DNA of 64,000 nt. It comes from Lama glama. Its lineage: Eukaryota. How positions within the stretch are numbered: position 1 is the stretch's first letter; every line of letters starts with the position of its first letter. The notes beneath the pieces are model-generated. The model saw nothing but the letters and a program-made list of their open reading frames with translations, was not told the DNA's origin and did not search any database. A program made the position numbers and the translations under genes. Positions 37,546 to 51,084 of the stretch are shown piece by piece. The DNA lies in contig CM052816.1 in NCBI GenBank assembly GCA_028534125.1, forward strand, positions 97,032,001-97,096,000, written 5' to 3'.

Positions 37546-40500
37546 AGCACTCAGCACGAAGCAGACAAGGTCATCACAGGAAATGAGGTTAGAACTAACT
37601 CTGGCACTGTGTATTAAAGCAAATTTCAATCCTGAAAATATGCAGTTATATATTATGAAAACAACTTTAGGCTAATCAACAGATAAAAAGCTTCTCATCT
37701 CACCAACTGGAGTAAATTTGACAAGTTCTGGAAAATTATAAAGACATGTGTCCTTGTAAACGAAATCCTGCCACTAAATTTTAATGTCTATCTATGCCAG
37801 CAAAAATAATGTGAATTTTCTTATTGAAATTACATATTCAGTTATGATAGCCCTTGGTACCCTATATAGATAATGTTTTTAAATAAGGTATAATCTTGAT
37901 GTCATTTTTTTAAGTAAAAGCAGAGAAGAAAAAAAAAAGTTAAGTAAAGGGAAGTAACAGATGAAAAAAGTTGTTTTCCTTGCAAGCAGCAGCGATGGTC
38001 TTCAGACCAGCCAGGAGGGGGCAGCAAAGGTCAGGACATTTATTGGGCTGCAGACGTTGAACTGGAATGATCCCTGGTCCCTGCAGGAGAGAGTGGATCC
38101 TGTGTGTGGGTTTGTGTTAGGAGGGACAGCAGGGCAGGAGCTGTGGAAGGGTGCAGTGAAAGAACTGCCTGAGCGAAACAGAGGCAATTTTCCTTACCTT
38201 GATCTAAAGAAGGAATGCACTTCCCTTTGGCTGAACCAGGCAGGAGAGGGGAGATGGTACCTTAGTATGAAGAGATCCCAGCTGGTTCTTAGAAGACTGG
38301 GGTCCTACCTGTCAACCTCCATACACCTGGGTGCATACAGAGACTTGGTAAATATTTGTTAGGTGGAAAGAAGAATAGGAAGGAACAGAATTGAGCATAT
38401 TTGATAGAATTCTGGGAAAACAAAAAACAAGGTCAGTTTCCTCTAAAAAAGCTACCCACTGGAAGACTTTGTGTACAAATTCAGGGAGGGGATCTTGGCT
38501 CCATAGTGGTGAGTTAACCCCCAAAGGCTGACATTTCCCCAAACTGGAAAAATACCCAGACCCGTTGGGCGTCTAAATATGTATAGGATCGTAAATGAGA
38601 TTTGCCTCATCAGCTGTTTGGCCAGTACCTGGAAAACAGTAAATGCTCGATGAGCCGTGCGGACTCTTGTTACAAGCACAGGAGTCACCTTACAGTCACG
38701 TTTAAACCCTGTTGCAGCTCCTGGTGAGGGAGCCCGTCAGGGATGGTCTGGGAGGAGGGGCACCACCAACTCGCCAGTAAAGACTCCTGGGGCCAGCGTC
38801 ATCTTGAACCTGTGGCAGCTCCTTCTGCTAAGTAGCATCAAGTACATTGTGCTGAGAAATCTCGTTCTATAAACTCCCTGCTGTCTGAAATCGTATCTGG
38901 AAGAATGAAACACGCCTCTGGTGCCTACAGCATCTGAGCTTCGTGGGGCATATAGCTCATAGAAGCAGCCTCGATTCCCCAAATGATGCAGAGTTTCAGG
39001 TCAGGGAACTCGGGACACAACATCCCACGTTTCCCTGCCTTGAGGATCCCGGGTCGTCTTTTCAGGCCAGGTCTCACGTTGACCCTCTTACACACAAGCA
39101 TACTCTCCAAGTCTCTCCAACCCAGCTTCACTCAATTTCACCCAAATCCTCTCCTTGCCCTTTCCATCTCTCGGTGAGGTTCCTCCCATGGGCTTGTCTC
39201 AGTAGTCAGTAAGCCTAACTTTCTGCTGATGTTCTTTGGCCATTGGCTCCATCGTAAGAAATTTTGCATTAAGATACTTGTAATCTCATCTCAGAAAAAA
39301 AACAAACACCCCTCCCCCCAACTCCTTGCATCTCCCCAGCACACTCTTGGTGTCCTGAACTGATACTCTGGGTTCTAATGTTTGAGAAAAACAGTATCTC
39401 TTAGTAATTCTACTGTAACTTTTATAATAGAAAACATTGGTCACACACAAGCGTAGAAAGAATAGTATAACGAATTCACATGAGCCCTTTTATTCAGCAT
39501 GGAATAAAACCTACAATTTTCCAATCCTGTTTAGTCTACTTATTCTCTTATTCTTTTTCTTTACTCTCCTTTTTTTAATTGGACTGTTCCTAGAGAAATC
39601 CAAGCCATCATATTCTTTGGTCCAGTGGAAAGGATTGGGGAGAAGAACTCCTAAAACTGCGAAAGAAGGAAAATAATTCTGCAAAAACTTAAGTAAGGAA
39701 AGAAGGATGTAAAAGGAAAACTTGTAAAGGGAAATAAGAAATAATTTTACAAAAGTACGAATTGAAGTAACGACTGCTGATGGATTAAGAAAGCTAAATC
39801 TCTAGGAACTTCATGCCTACCATACTAAAATTATTCGTAGAGTTATGGTTATACATAAAAATTGAGATTCTTTTACTGAAAAAAAAGTATGCATCCATTG
39901 CCAATAAACATTTTCCTTTGTCTTTATTTCGCCATTATTACAACTAACAAAACTAATACTTATTGCCTATGGACATTTGATACCTGGTCTATATTCTAAG
40001 TTTCCTATGCTGGCTCAGAAGTAGTCTTTAATTGTTGATTTGTTTGAATCAGGAGCTGAACAAAGGCCACACACTGCTTTCAGGTGCTATACTACTCAGT
40101 TTTCAGTCTCCTGTCTATAACTGCTCCCCTCCCTCACCTAGCTTCCATGTCATTGGTTTATTAGAGAAATTAGATCAGTTGCCCTGTAAAAACATCCTAC
40201 AGTATTGATTTGGCATTTTGTGACTGGTTCCTCTACTTGCTGCATCTCCTGTAAAACTACAAGTTCGACCTAGAGGCTTGCTTAGATTCAGGCTAATTTT
40301 TTCAGCAAGGATGCTTCAGAGGTGGTGCTGTGTGTTAGCTTTGCCTCATATCATAATGTCGCGTTGTCTCCTCTTAGTGATAGTCATTAAGATTGATGGT
40401 GAGTTCCTGGGTCACCAGCCTCATTCATCCAATATAGGGTCCCCATCACCCTTTCTCCTATTGGCTTTAACGTCTTAGGTGACTCTTACCTAGATTCATT

Positions 40501-40589
40501 ATTCCAGCAGGTGTCTAAAAAAGATTTTGTAACTCTATCATTTCTTCTCCTTTTATTATCTTGTATCCATCTGTAAAGAAGGAATTTCT

Positions 40590-40720
40590 GGAGGAGTGCA
40601 TAGCTCAGTGGTAGAGTGCAGTGCTTAGCATGCCAGAGGTCCTGAGTTCAATTCCCTAGTATCTCCATCAAAAGTAATAATAAATAAATAAATAAACCTA
40701 ATTACTTCCCCCCCAAAAAA
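40590..40720 (+). mobile_element. tRNA-derived SINE (camelid Vic-1-like)
   Basis: tagctcagtggtagagtgc...gagttcaattccc, (TAAA)n, then cctaattac tail. Confidence 0.85.
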
Positions 40721-41803
40721 GAAATTTCTCCTGCCAACTATTGGTGAACTCTAAAATAAGGTTCATATAGGGAAAAAGAAAACAAGATAAATGAGTCTTT
40801 CCTTATATCAAGTTTTTCAATAAAGAGCTGGTTGCTGGTCAGTTTTGTTTGCTTGTTTGTTTGTTTGTTTGCTTTAGGATATTTATGAAATTTTATATAG
40901 TTGATGTGCATTAATTCATTACAGTCATCTTTTAGAAGCTTAAATTGTCCTAGTTTAGATCAGTGGGATACCCTTCAGGTTGGCCTCTTTGTCCTTTTGA
41001 CCTTGACACATTACTTTTTGAAAATTTCTTGGCAGAACAGGATGTCCCAGTCTCACCATCTCCTGCCTCAGACCCAGGCCTGCCCTCTGGGAGGAGGCCT
41101 GATTCCTCCAGGCGGTACTGCTCATCACTAGGGCTGTCAGTGCGGGGCACTTTTCATTTGACACATCGTATAAAATCATAGTCATTTTTATTTCAAAATC
41201 AACAAAGTGAACAAACCAAAATTAAATTTATATGTTTATGTCTTGATTCATAAGCTTAAAGTGACCAGCCACAGGGACTCCATTAATTGAAGGAGCCAGC
41301 CTACAGGAAAAACCTGATGCCAAACATGGTTCTAAATCTCCTGGCAGTATTCACACAACTTTCCCAGGGAAGAGGTGTCAAATAAGGTAAAGGTTTGTTA
41401 ATCCAACCACAGTCCACTGCCTGTGCCCAAGGTCTGGTAAAGATGGTTTGGAGGGCAGGCAGTGGCTCCCCTGATCCAGGAGCCAAGGTCATGCTGCTAT
41501 TCTCAAGGTCAAAGAGCACTAATGGGGAATTTGGAAGAGGTGAGGCAGGAACATCATTTCATAACCCTTGAGTTCATAATGACCGTTAGATTTGCTGGAT
41601 ACACACACAGCCAGTTCTCCTCCTTGCCAGTTACAGATCTCTGTGTTTGTCCATCCATCCCTGAACCATCATAAAACCAGCCACATGCAGAGTAGTCCTT
41701 AATCCAAGTAATTGTAAGCCATTTTAAAGCCTGTGAATCAAAGTCCAATTATTCTAAGCCACTTTAAATGAGTTTACAGTGAAATTTAAGACAAAATAAT
41801 TAA

Positions 41804-41956
41804 GGGGGGAGGGTATAGCTCAGGGGCAGAGTGCATGCTTAGCATGCACAAGGTCCTGGGTTCGATCCCCAGTACCTACATTAAAAAATAAATAAATAAA
41901 CAAATAAATAAATAAACCTAATTACCTTCCTGTAAAATTTTTTTAATTAAAAAAAC
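41804..41956 (+). mobile_element. tRNA-derived SINE (camelid Vic-1-like) with target-site duplication
   Basis: ggggggagggtatagctcag...ggttcgatcccc; TSD caaaataatta at 41792-41802 and 41957-41967. Confidence 0.9.
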
Positions 41957-43255
41957 CAAAATAATTATAAAACTTTTAAATTTAAAATGGAGATGTCAAC
42001 CTTGTGAAATTTTGCATTTCCAACAGAAGATGTTTTAGAAAGATGAGGCTATGTTAATGTATTCACAGATGATTTTCCCTCCTCTCTCTGCCTCAGTTAA
42101 CACGGGTTTGCAAGGTGGAGAGCAGACCATCTGATGTTTTGTGTCCCTCAGCTGAATCTGTGTGCTGCTGAGAATCACTGGCTAAAGCTTTGTGCTTTGT
42201 CCAGGTCATAGCTCCATCTCTGAATGGTCCAAGGGCCCCAAGGACAAAACCTTCCTCCAGAGCAGCCCCTCCCTTTCTGGAGATTTCATGCATCTTTCAG
42301 GACACTGGCTGTGTCCCCTGCATCCAGTCATTTTTCCTGCCTACATCTTAGTTTTCTCATCAGCATGAAGAACCAGAGGGTTCTCCTGAACTTAACAGGT
42401 GTGTTGGTTTTTGAGAACATATGACAAATATAACATAAATGCTACGCAAGATATGCTGAAGCCACTGCCAACGTGACACATGGCATGCTAATGTCACAGA
42501 AAAGTGCCCTCCTCTGCTTTCTCCTCCCCTGCCTGAAATTAACAGACATTCTCTCCACTGGGTCTCTCCACGCTTACATTCTGCCCAGATGTCAAGAGAA
42601 ATGGCACAGGTTCCAGCTGCAGTTTAGACCAGGCACTGCCTATGCTCCTGGGAACTGCCCAAGGTACTGCAGTGGAGACCGCCCTCCCATGAATTTCTCC
42701 CAACTCCCAGCAGGGAGCTGCAGGCAGAGAGGTCCTGGCAGATCCGCAGAACAGGCTGCATGAACAGTAGTTAGTGCACTCACATCTGCCTAAATCAGAC
42801 CAGTGCAACGTTGTCACCCAACGTCAGCTCCATCCTAGTGCCAGGGTAGCTTCCATGATGCTGGAATGGGCTTTGGAGGGTGGACATTCCAAACTACTAA
42901 GGTTGTCATTTGAAACAAAGCTGCCCTGACCTCCTGCAGAGTTAACCCACACTCAGTGTGCCTTCTTGTACTATTAATCCACTTCCTTTGACCGTAGGGT
43001 TTTCATTCTTTTATCCTTCCCTTCCCTTCCCTTCCCTTCCCCCGTGCAGAACTTTGAAGGTACAAGTCAAAGACACAAGGGACTTAAACAAATTAGACTC
43101 TTTGACCTTGTATTCCACTTATGTACCTGGAATATATATTAGGGTCATATACGAAAATATTTTTTTAAAAAAGGAACTAAAATCTCTTGATAATTGAAAA
43201 TAGCAAAGTTCATCTTACCCATTGTTTCCTCCACCTCTGATTCACGCCTGGCAGC

Positions 43256-43490
43256 TGATACCAAGCAGGACCCTGAGGGGCTTCCCCTAACCCCTGCCTC
43301 TTGTTTACACCCCTTGTTACAGAGACTGTTGCCCCCAGGATCATACCTCTGCTCCTTCCTCGAATAGAACAAAGGGGAGAAACAAGAACTGGTTAGAACC
43401 AACTAAGCCCAAGATGGCAGAGGATTTGACTTCCAGTGGACCTTGAACCTCATTATATGCTCATTGTAATGCATTAGCATCACACCTCAA
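43256..43490 (+). mobile_element. ERV1-like LTR fragment
   Basis: Starts tgataccaagcaggaccc; ccaagatggc...ttgacttccagtggacc...cattagcat motifs seen in ERV1 LTRs. Confidence 0.45.
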
Positions 43491-44649
43491 GTAAGTGCCC
43501 CGTGCCTTTCACTGTCAGCCCCAGGGCTTCTCTGACTCCGAGGAAACCCTCAGGGGAGTCTGGGCAGCGCTGGGCAGAGGACAAACAAGGTCAGGAGTGA
43601 ACAATCCAGAAAGAAGTCTCACCCTACAAGGACTGGGAATAAGAGATAAAAATGAGCCTCCTTGTTGAGTTGGCGGGAGATTCTGAGAGGCGTGCCCCAG
43701 GCTCCAAAGAAAGTCCTGGGCAAGGTTGAACTCCAGCTGCCCTCAGAGGTGACCTTGAGAATTTAGCCTTCCATTGACCTTCCTGCTGCTCTCACTCTTC
43801 TGGCCCCTCACTCCTCCCCAAATAGAGCATCCAAGCCCTTGTCCCAGACTCACCTTTAGAAGGAACCCAAACTATGGCACTGTATTTCTCTACCGAGTTA
43901 CCAAGCATATGTTGCGTACCTACCCTGTGCCAGACTTGAGCCATCAGAGGAAAACAGTGTATGTCTGTAAACGTGCCCTCCACAGCAGTCAGGTCACAGG
44001 GCAGAACAAAATGTCACCTACTGAAATTGAAGCTAGCAGACGCACCTCCACATAACTGCAGAAAAAGATTTTACAATGAAACGATTTCAGTCTCAGTTTT
44101 AGCTGAGTTCTCAAGATAATTGGTGTCAACTGCTTCCATTTTACGAAGGTGATACCGGATGATCTACGCAAAGCTTATGAAGCCTCCTGCCCGTTAGCTG
44201 ACCGCCTATGTCCGGTCTTTAAAAGAGGTTGCAGAAGTTGAGGGAAGTAGTAGATTATAAGACCTTTTTTTTTCTTTGCTGGCGCTTTTAGGATTTCTAC
44301 CCAGGGGAGGGTGAGAGTGTGGTTACCAGCAAGTTTTAAATTACACGTGCAGCTCTCTGTTCCTCTTCGGAGGCGATGCTCCAGACCCTCTTCAAGTTAC
44401 TTGTTCTTTTCACGGCTGTCACCTGTCTTCCTCACCAGACTCTCAGATCCAGAGGGACGAGGGCTGCTTGGTTCAAGGCTACATCCTCAGCGCTGGCACA
44501 CAGTAGATGCGAGGTCATTAACTGCCCAAGGAACAGTGGTCTGTGTGTGAAGGAACTGACACTGCGCGGGGAAAGGTAAGCAGGTTGGAAAGTGCGGATC
44601 CAAGAGGCGCCTCCCACCAGGGAACACCGACCCCGCAGAGTTAGCAGCT

Positions 44650-45360
44650 GGGCTCCCCGGAGGCACTAAGGGGAGATCCCGAATGAGAGGTGCCAGGAGG
44701 GAGGGGTAGGGTCGGCCCCAGGCCCCGCCCCCAGGCCCCGCCCCGCCCCCAGCCTCCCCTCTCGCGGCCCCGGTTTCCAGGCGACGGCAGAACGCGAGCT
44801 ACCGGCAGCCTGCGGCGGGCGCACCGGGACTGCGCTCCTCCGCGGGCGGGACGGAGCAGGGCGGCCGCGGGGCCGCTGGACCGGACGGCATGGAGGACGA
44901 CGAGGAGATCACCGCCGCCACGCTGCGGGGCAAGCCCCGGCAGCCGCCCATCTCAGCGCAGTCCGCCTTCAGCTACGTGCCGCCGCGGCGCCTGGACCCC
45001 AAGGAGCACAGCTACTACTACCGCCAGGGCAGGGTGAGCGGCCGGGCAGGGCTGCGCGGAGGGCCGGCGGGCGGGCCGGGCTGGAGAGCCCGAGACCTAG
45101 GCTTGGCTGGGGCGTGGGGCGGAATTGAGGGCGAGGAGGGGCCGGGGAAGGGGCTCTGTGGGCGGGGCTGCACTGCCGGGGAGGGGGCGGTGGGAGGAGG
45201 GATGGGGCGGGGCTATTACTGCTCAGGAGGGTGCTGGAGGCGGGGCTACACTGCCGGGGAAGGCTCTGGGGGCGGGGCTGCGGGGCGGGGCGGGGCTACA
45301 CTACGAAGTGTGGTGGGTCGGAGGGGCAGGGCTGCAACTCCGGGCTAGGACTCTGGGGGC
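44650..45360. promoter_or_regulatory. CpG island promoter of CFAP90 with GC boxes and an RFX X-box-like site
   Basis: GGCCCCGCCCC boxes at 44721-44750; GTTTCCAGGCGAC at 44773-44785. Confidence 0.8.
44890..45033 (+). CDS. CFAP90: CFAP90 (C5orf49) exon 1
   Basis: [54 protein letters not shown] donor; good Kozak ggcATGg; synteny with FASTKD3 and ADCY2. Confidence 0.9.
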
Positions 45361-46539
45361 GGGGCTTCACAGAAGGGCTGGGGCGGGTGTGAGCGGCACA
45401 GCCTGTGAGGGGTTTGGGTCAGGGTGCAGGGAGTCAGGGAGAGCAGGGTCACAGGGGGTGGGAAGGTGGGAGAGCGGCCTCCCTCTGGGGCTCCTAGACC
45501 CCAGAGTACAGCTACTACGACTTCCGGAATAAGGATGGCCCCATCCCCAGCGCCGGAGGATGGACAGGGGCGGAGCCGAGTGTGTAGAAGGGAGGGGGGA
45601 ATGTTCATCTGGGAGGAGGGGCTGGGGGGCCGGGCGTGCAGGGTCGGGTGGGCACGGGAATATTAGACCGGTATTCGGAGCCATTTGAGGGTGTGTCAGG
45701 GAAGTGAAGGAGAGCGCTGGGCTTCAACTACTTCTACCTGGAGCAGCAAGTGTGACCCTTTTGCCGAGGACCTGGAGGAGGTCTCGGGAGCGCCGGTGCT
45801 GCCCAGCTGGCAGGGTCACTGCTCCCTCTGGGGTCCGTCTGCTGCAGGCCTGGGGTAGCCCGGAAACAGTCACTGCCTGAAAGCTTTCGCAGCAGTGACG
45901 GCCTGGACGGCCCAGGGCACGGGAAGCCTCCTAAAAGCTCCCCTGCAAGCCGCAGGAAAGCGCAGGCGGATCTGAGCAGCCGCTTGCAGGGAGAGCGCGA
46001 CCGGGACCCTACGTTAGATTGTGGCCTGGCCCCATCTGCACACAGCGCCCCCTGGAAGAGCCCGCCGGGCTGCGAAGGCCCGCCTGCAGCCAAAGCAGGA
46101 AGAAAAAGCAAAGGAAAAGAAGCAAGTTCAGAGCTTGTGGGGGTGGTCTAATCCTTTCTTCTCCATGTTTTTCTGAAAGTCTCCATCCACTGCCTTGCAC
46201 TGCCTCCTGCCGCAGCGTGTCCTGCAGCCGGGGATGCAGGGGCTTCCTTATTAAACGGACCATTGATGGGAGATGCTCAGCCTGCAGGGGTGATGAGTGC
46301 CTGAACAGGGATACAGATTAAGCAGCCTGGGAGGAAAGACATCTTTCCCTCCTGAGGTGTAAGGTATTCCCACAAAACAGTCTTCCTTTCCTTCTCCCCA
46401 CCCACCATCCACAGAGCCCAAATGAATCCCCGTTTAGACCAGATCAGCACACATCTGAATGCTTGCCACATGGGAATGGGAAAGAATGCTGTGGAGCCGA
46501 GCCGTACACACAGAAGCACTAGTTCCTAGTTTAGACTAC

Positions 46540-46951
46540 TGTTGTGGGTTGAATTATGTCCCCCTAACCTTATGTTAGAGTCCTCATCCCCAGCGCCTCT
46601 GAATGTGACTTTATTTGGTGACAGGGTCTTTACAGAGGTAATCAAATTAAAGTGAGGTCATTAGAGAGGGGCCCTAGTTCAAAGTGACAGGTATCTATCA
46701 AAGGAGGAAATTTGGGCACAAAGATAGGCGTGCAGAGAGGGGACATGCTGTGAATAGACAAGGAGAAGACAGCCATCTACAAGCCAAGGAGAGAGGCTGG
46801 GAACAGATCCTTCGCTCATGGCCCTCAGAAGGAACCAACCCTGTTGACACCTTGTCTCAGACTTTGGCCACCAGAATTGTGAAACAGTAAATTTCTGTTG
46901 TTTACCCGGGCTGGGTACTTCATTTTGGCAGCCCCAGCAAATTGATAGACA
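46540..46951 (+). mobile_element. MaLR LTR (MLT1B-like)
   Basis: tgttgtgggttgaattatgtcccc...gccatctacaagccaaggagagag...ccagaattgtgaaacagtaaatttctgttgttta. Confidence 0.8.
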
Positions 46952-47004
46952 AACCTCAGCCAGGAGAATCTCCTGTATCTGTTGGCAGTCTCTGCTTGGC
47001 TTTG

Positions 47005-47210
47005 AGCAATGAATATTCTACCATGCATTTTTACACTCTGTGTAACCAGCTTGCCAAAGAAACTCAGCATGGCAGCTGCCTGAGCCTGCCCGCCCTCCCC
47101 TTGAGAGCATACTGTCCATCCCTTAATAAACCCCCACTTTAGTTTCTTGACCTCTGTGTCTTGTCTCTGAATTATTTCTGTGACGAGACAGGAATCTAAT
47201 CAGTGGTAAC
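47005..47210 (+). mobile_element. 3' fragment of an ERV LTR, same family as the element at 60923-61450
   Basis: Aligns by eye to about 61250-61445 (gaatatt...tgtaacca...ccaaagaaac...ctgtccatcccttaataaa...gagaca.gaatctaatca). Confidence 0.8.
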
Positions 47211-50200
47211 ACTTTCACTGATGGTTGGGTCCCAGGGGCCAGTCTTTTATCCTCCACCCTTGTTCACTGTTGGAAATTAACACAGGTGAGGCGGTTGTCT
47301 GAGTGTCACTTTGGTGGTTCCTAATCTTCTAAGGCCTCTCCCCTGCGGGAGCCCTAAGTGACATCCCTCACCGCAGCACACTTATTTAAAACCCCAGTAA
47401 TGTCCCAGATCTTGACAAATTTGTCCTCTAAAGCTGCCTGCAAAAATGCTCTCAGCTCCTGCCCTGCTCCCCGGGGGCCTCTTGCAGTGTGGGCTGTTAT
47501 ACTATAAAATAGTGTTGCACAGATGCAGTTCAATTACTTTTGCAGTTTTTAAATTACTTTTTTCTTCTTCTGCCTAGTGCGCCATTTCTGCTACTGAAAT
47601 GGAAAGGCTAAGTCAAAGGAGAATGCCCTTTTCTGAAGGTTTTGATTAAATTTCTCAAAGTCTAAGAGCTACATTAAAAAAAAATTCCTAGGCAGCTTTA
47701 GAAGACGCTTTCCCTCATGCTCATGTGCGGCGTGGGTGGCTCTGTGCTGAGGAGGGCTGTGCTCAGGACACCCCACCTGAGTTTGGGTGGGATTAGCGGG
47801 CTTTTCTTGGTGTGTGGTGGAGATGTGGAGGCAAAGGGCTCTTTCTTTACGCTTCTGATACTGAATTTCCCTTTGCCAAGTGCAGCCAAGCATTTGGTAA
47901 ACATGATGATGGGTGTTGACTGTACAGATGTGCACAGGGTGGAGGGGGTCTCTGAAGGGTCGATGTCAATGTCAAGGACCAGGAGGTATTCAATTCCAGC
48001 TCCCAGAGCCCCTTCTGGGTGGAGCCTCCGCACCTTTGGGCACCAAGCACCTCTGCCACTCCATCTCGGCCACTCCTAGGTCCGTGGAGGACGGGTAAGC
48101 TCTGGTTCTGCTGCTGACCCACCTGTTAAGAGTGTCTCTCTGTTGTCCAGCAGACTCTGGCACCCATGTGTCTAGCAGTCACAGTGTGTGCTACCTGAAT
48201 GCAATTGCGCCACCCTCCCCCAACTTCCTGCCTCCCTCCTACTGAGCTTCTCCATCACATCTATTAGTACCTAACCTACTAAATATTTTCCTGAGTTATC
48301 TTGGGTTCTTTTCCCCTCTCCCTTTAAAACATGAGCTCCATGAGGACAGAGATTTATTTTTATCACTGCTCTGTCCTCAGCAATCGAGAGTTCCCGCAGG
48401 TCTCATAGTTGGTGCGCCGTGCATACCTGCTGATGGACTGGCGAGGAATGGATAAAGTGGTGCGGACTTACTAAACAAGAAGCCGCGTCACCAGTGCACA
48501 AACCCAGCCTCTTAGACTAAACAGAGGTTTTCTTTTGGATTATCTGCTGTTTAGGTTACCCTTGACCTTGCTCCCCTCCTTGGGGGGTCAGAAGTGGGAG
48601 TGGACTGTGGTTGCCTCTCTCCTCTCTGGGCTAGTTCACTGGTCAGTGACCTGCCCTGGGGAATGTATGGCCTGGGGGGTGGGGCTGAACATCTTCCTCC
48701 AGGGCAGGGAGGGAGGAGGGGGCAGGTCACCAGGGAGGGGGGGAGGGAGGGAGGGGAGCAGGTGGGCGTGCTCTTCTAGCAGAGGTCCCTCCTCTTGGAA
48801 GGAAACACGGGGGTGGGGAACGTGCTCCTACCATGACCTCCCGTGAGCACGTGGTGTCTGCCCTTCCACGTGTGTTTAAGAACGTGATGTGTGTTGAACT
48901 TTGAAAAATAACACGTTCACACATGATCACACAACCATGTATATATATATATTTGCAGCTTGCTTTTATATCTGCAGTATATCTTGGTCTTTTTTCTGTT
49001 TTCTTCAAAATCACCCCCTTTTAAGAAGCACAAGCAGCTAATGATACGTGAAAACAAACAGCATTTTCCCTAATATATTTGACCAAGAGCCACTTGTAGG
49101 ATTAGATTCGAGTTTCAGCCCCTGGAAATGCCTCTTTCTTGATGTGAATTTCTAGGGGACAGAGAGTGGATGGGGAGCTGGTTTCGGTGGATCTGGTATC
49201 TCTCTAGAAGGTAGCTGGCTCCATTCCTATTACATTGCTAAAATATTCAGGTTATTTGGAATGTTATGAAAATTTCCCCAGACTTGTGATCTCAACATAC
49301 CAGAGAGGAAACAGTCTTTGCCGCAAACCAAAGAGAATAGTTGAGTTTTGTCGTTTTAAAAAGAGTTAACATTATGTCCTTGACAAGCTACAGTCCTTCT
49401 GAGATACAGAATTTTGAACAATGTTAAAATTAATGGAAACGCCCTCCTTAGGCTTCGTACACCTCTAGGCTCCCAAGGAGAAGCCGCTGAATTTTTCAGA
49501 AGGACAATGAGGCCCTTATGAATCAAAGACGACCACTTTCGGTCCCCTCAGGCATCTTCAGTTTTAAAAGTAGATCACACAGCTGTGGGTAGGCACGCAG
49601 TACCTGGAAGCCTCAAGGTGGGAGGGAGCAGGACTGGGGTCAATGAAGAGGGGAGAGGACTATAGCCACCACCTTATTAGTCAGGGTGGGCTAGTATGTG
49701 CTGAGCAAACAAATGGACCCTAAACCCTGAGAGTCCTTCACTAATGGTGTGTCAGAGCCTGATCATACCAACAAAGGGGATTTTTAGCATCTCTCTGAGC
49801 TCTGGCTTCAGTGGGAAGCCTGAAATGGGCCATGGCGGGAGTATTTACACCACAGAAATTAGCCAACACTACAGATCAGGTCTTCTTTATCCAGAGAGCA
49901 GGTTGTTAACATAAGTGCACCGCTGGCCTTATGCATACAAACATACTGTCATGAAATATAGCCCAACATGTGTGTCTCTCTTGGGCAGCACCTCTCAATG
50001 CAGTCACTTGGGAAACTGGCTCCATTATTGCCGGGGCCTGAGAATCTCTGGGACTTTGCGGTCCTTCCCTGGCTCCTTTAATTTGCTGGCAAATGAGCAA
50101 GGGAAAGAATATGGAGGCCAATGGGAGCGTTTCTTATGAACCAGACGTAGAATGTGGTATCCACTGGTTTTACCCACATTCTGTGGCCAGAGCTGGCACC

Positions 50201-51084
50201 TGGCCCCAGCTTAACTGTGATGGAAACTATTTGTTTTGGAAGAGGAAATGTGTTTGGTGAGCACTTAGTATAACCCTCTCTGCAATCATCATGGAAAAGC
50301 GCATACATTTCTTTTCTCTTATTTCTTCCTTGCAGCGTTTGTCTGCTTCAAACTTACAACAGTGTATTTATATTCAAAATGGTTTGAAAGGGAGGACAAA
50401 ATAAAGGACTTGGATCTCAGTTTGTACAACATCTTACCCCAACTATTTGTGTGAGAGTTTGTGTAACTTCTGGGAGGAGGAGCGTTTCCAAAGCTGGGAA
50501 GAGGCTCTGGGCATAGTAAAGCCCACAGCCCCAGAGATGTGCGCCCTGGCCCGCCGTGGGCTGGAGGTGGTAGCCAGTATTTCTTCCTTGTTTATCCACT
50601 TGCATCAGTCTTGATAAGCTAGATTATTTTGCAGTAACAAACAATCCCCAAAGTCTCAGTGGCCTAAAACAAGGCTTGTTTCTCATGCTGAGTGAGTGTC
50701 CAACAGGGATCAGAATGGCCCTCGGCCAGGACAGTCCCTCATGGAAGCTGCCGGCATCACAGTTTGAAGCTCTGGGAGTCCCTGGCACCAGCTCTTAAAT
50801 GCTTCAGACCAGAAAGTCACCTGTCACCTCCACTCACAGTTCATTGGTTAGAACTGATACATGGCTTCACTATCCAAATAGGAGGCGAGATTAATCCTCT
50901 TATGTAGTCAGCAGAGGAGACCGAACACTGGTGACGTTGACCAGACCAGCTGGTCTACCAGCTGGGTTTACCTGGAGCAGCGTGTGCTGTGGTTGGGTCT
51001 CTGGCGCCCCTGCAGTGGCCTTTGTTTTATTTCCACTTTTATTTTCCACAGTTCAAGAGATGGCGCCTTCTCCTTACCACGTGC

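Noticed and set aside
40590..40665. Possible tRNA genes (also at 41804 and 27370)
   Set aside because: tRNA-like heads are followed by SINE tails and a TSD; they are SINEs
45034..45348. Gly-rich extension of the 152-aa CFAP90 ORF
   Set aside because: Intronic read-through beyond the donor at 45034
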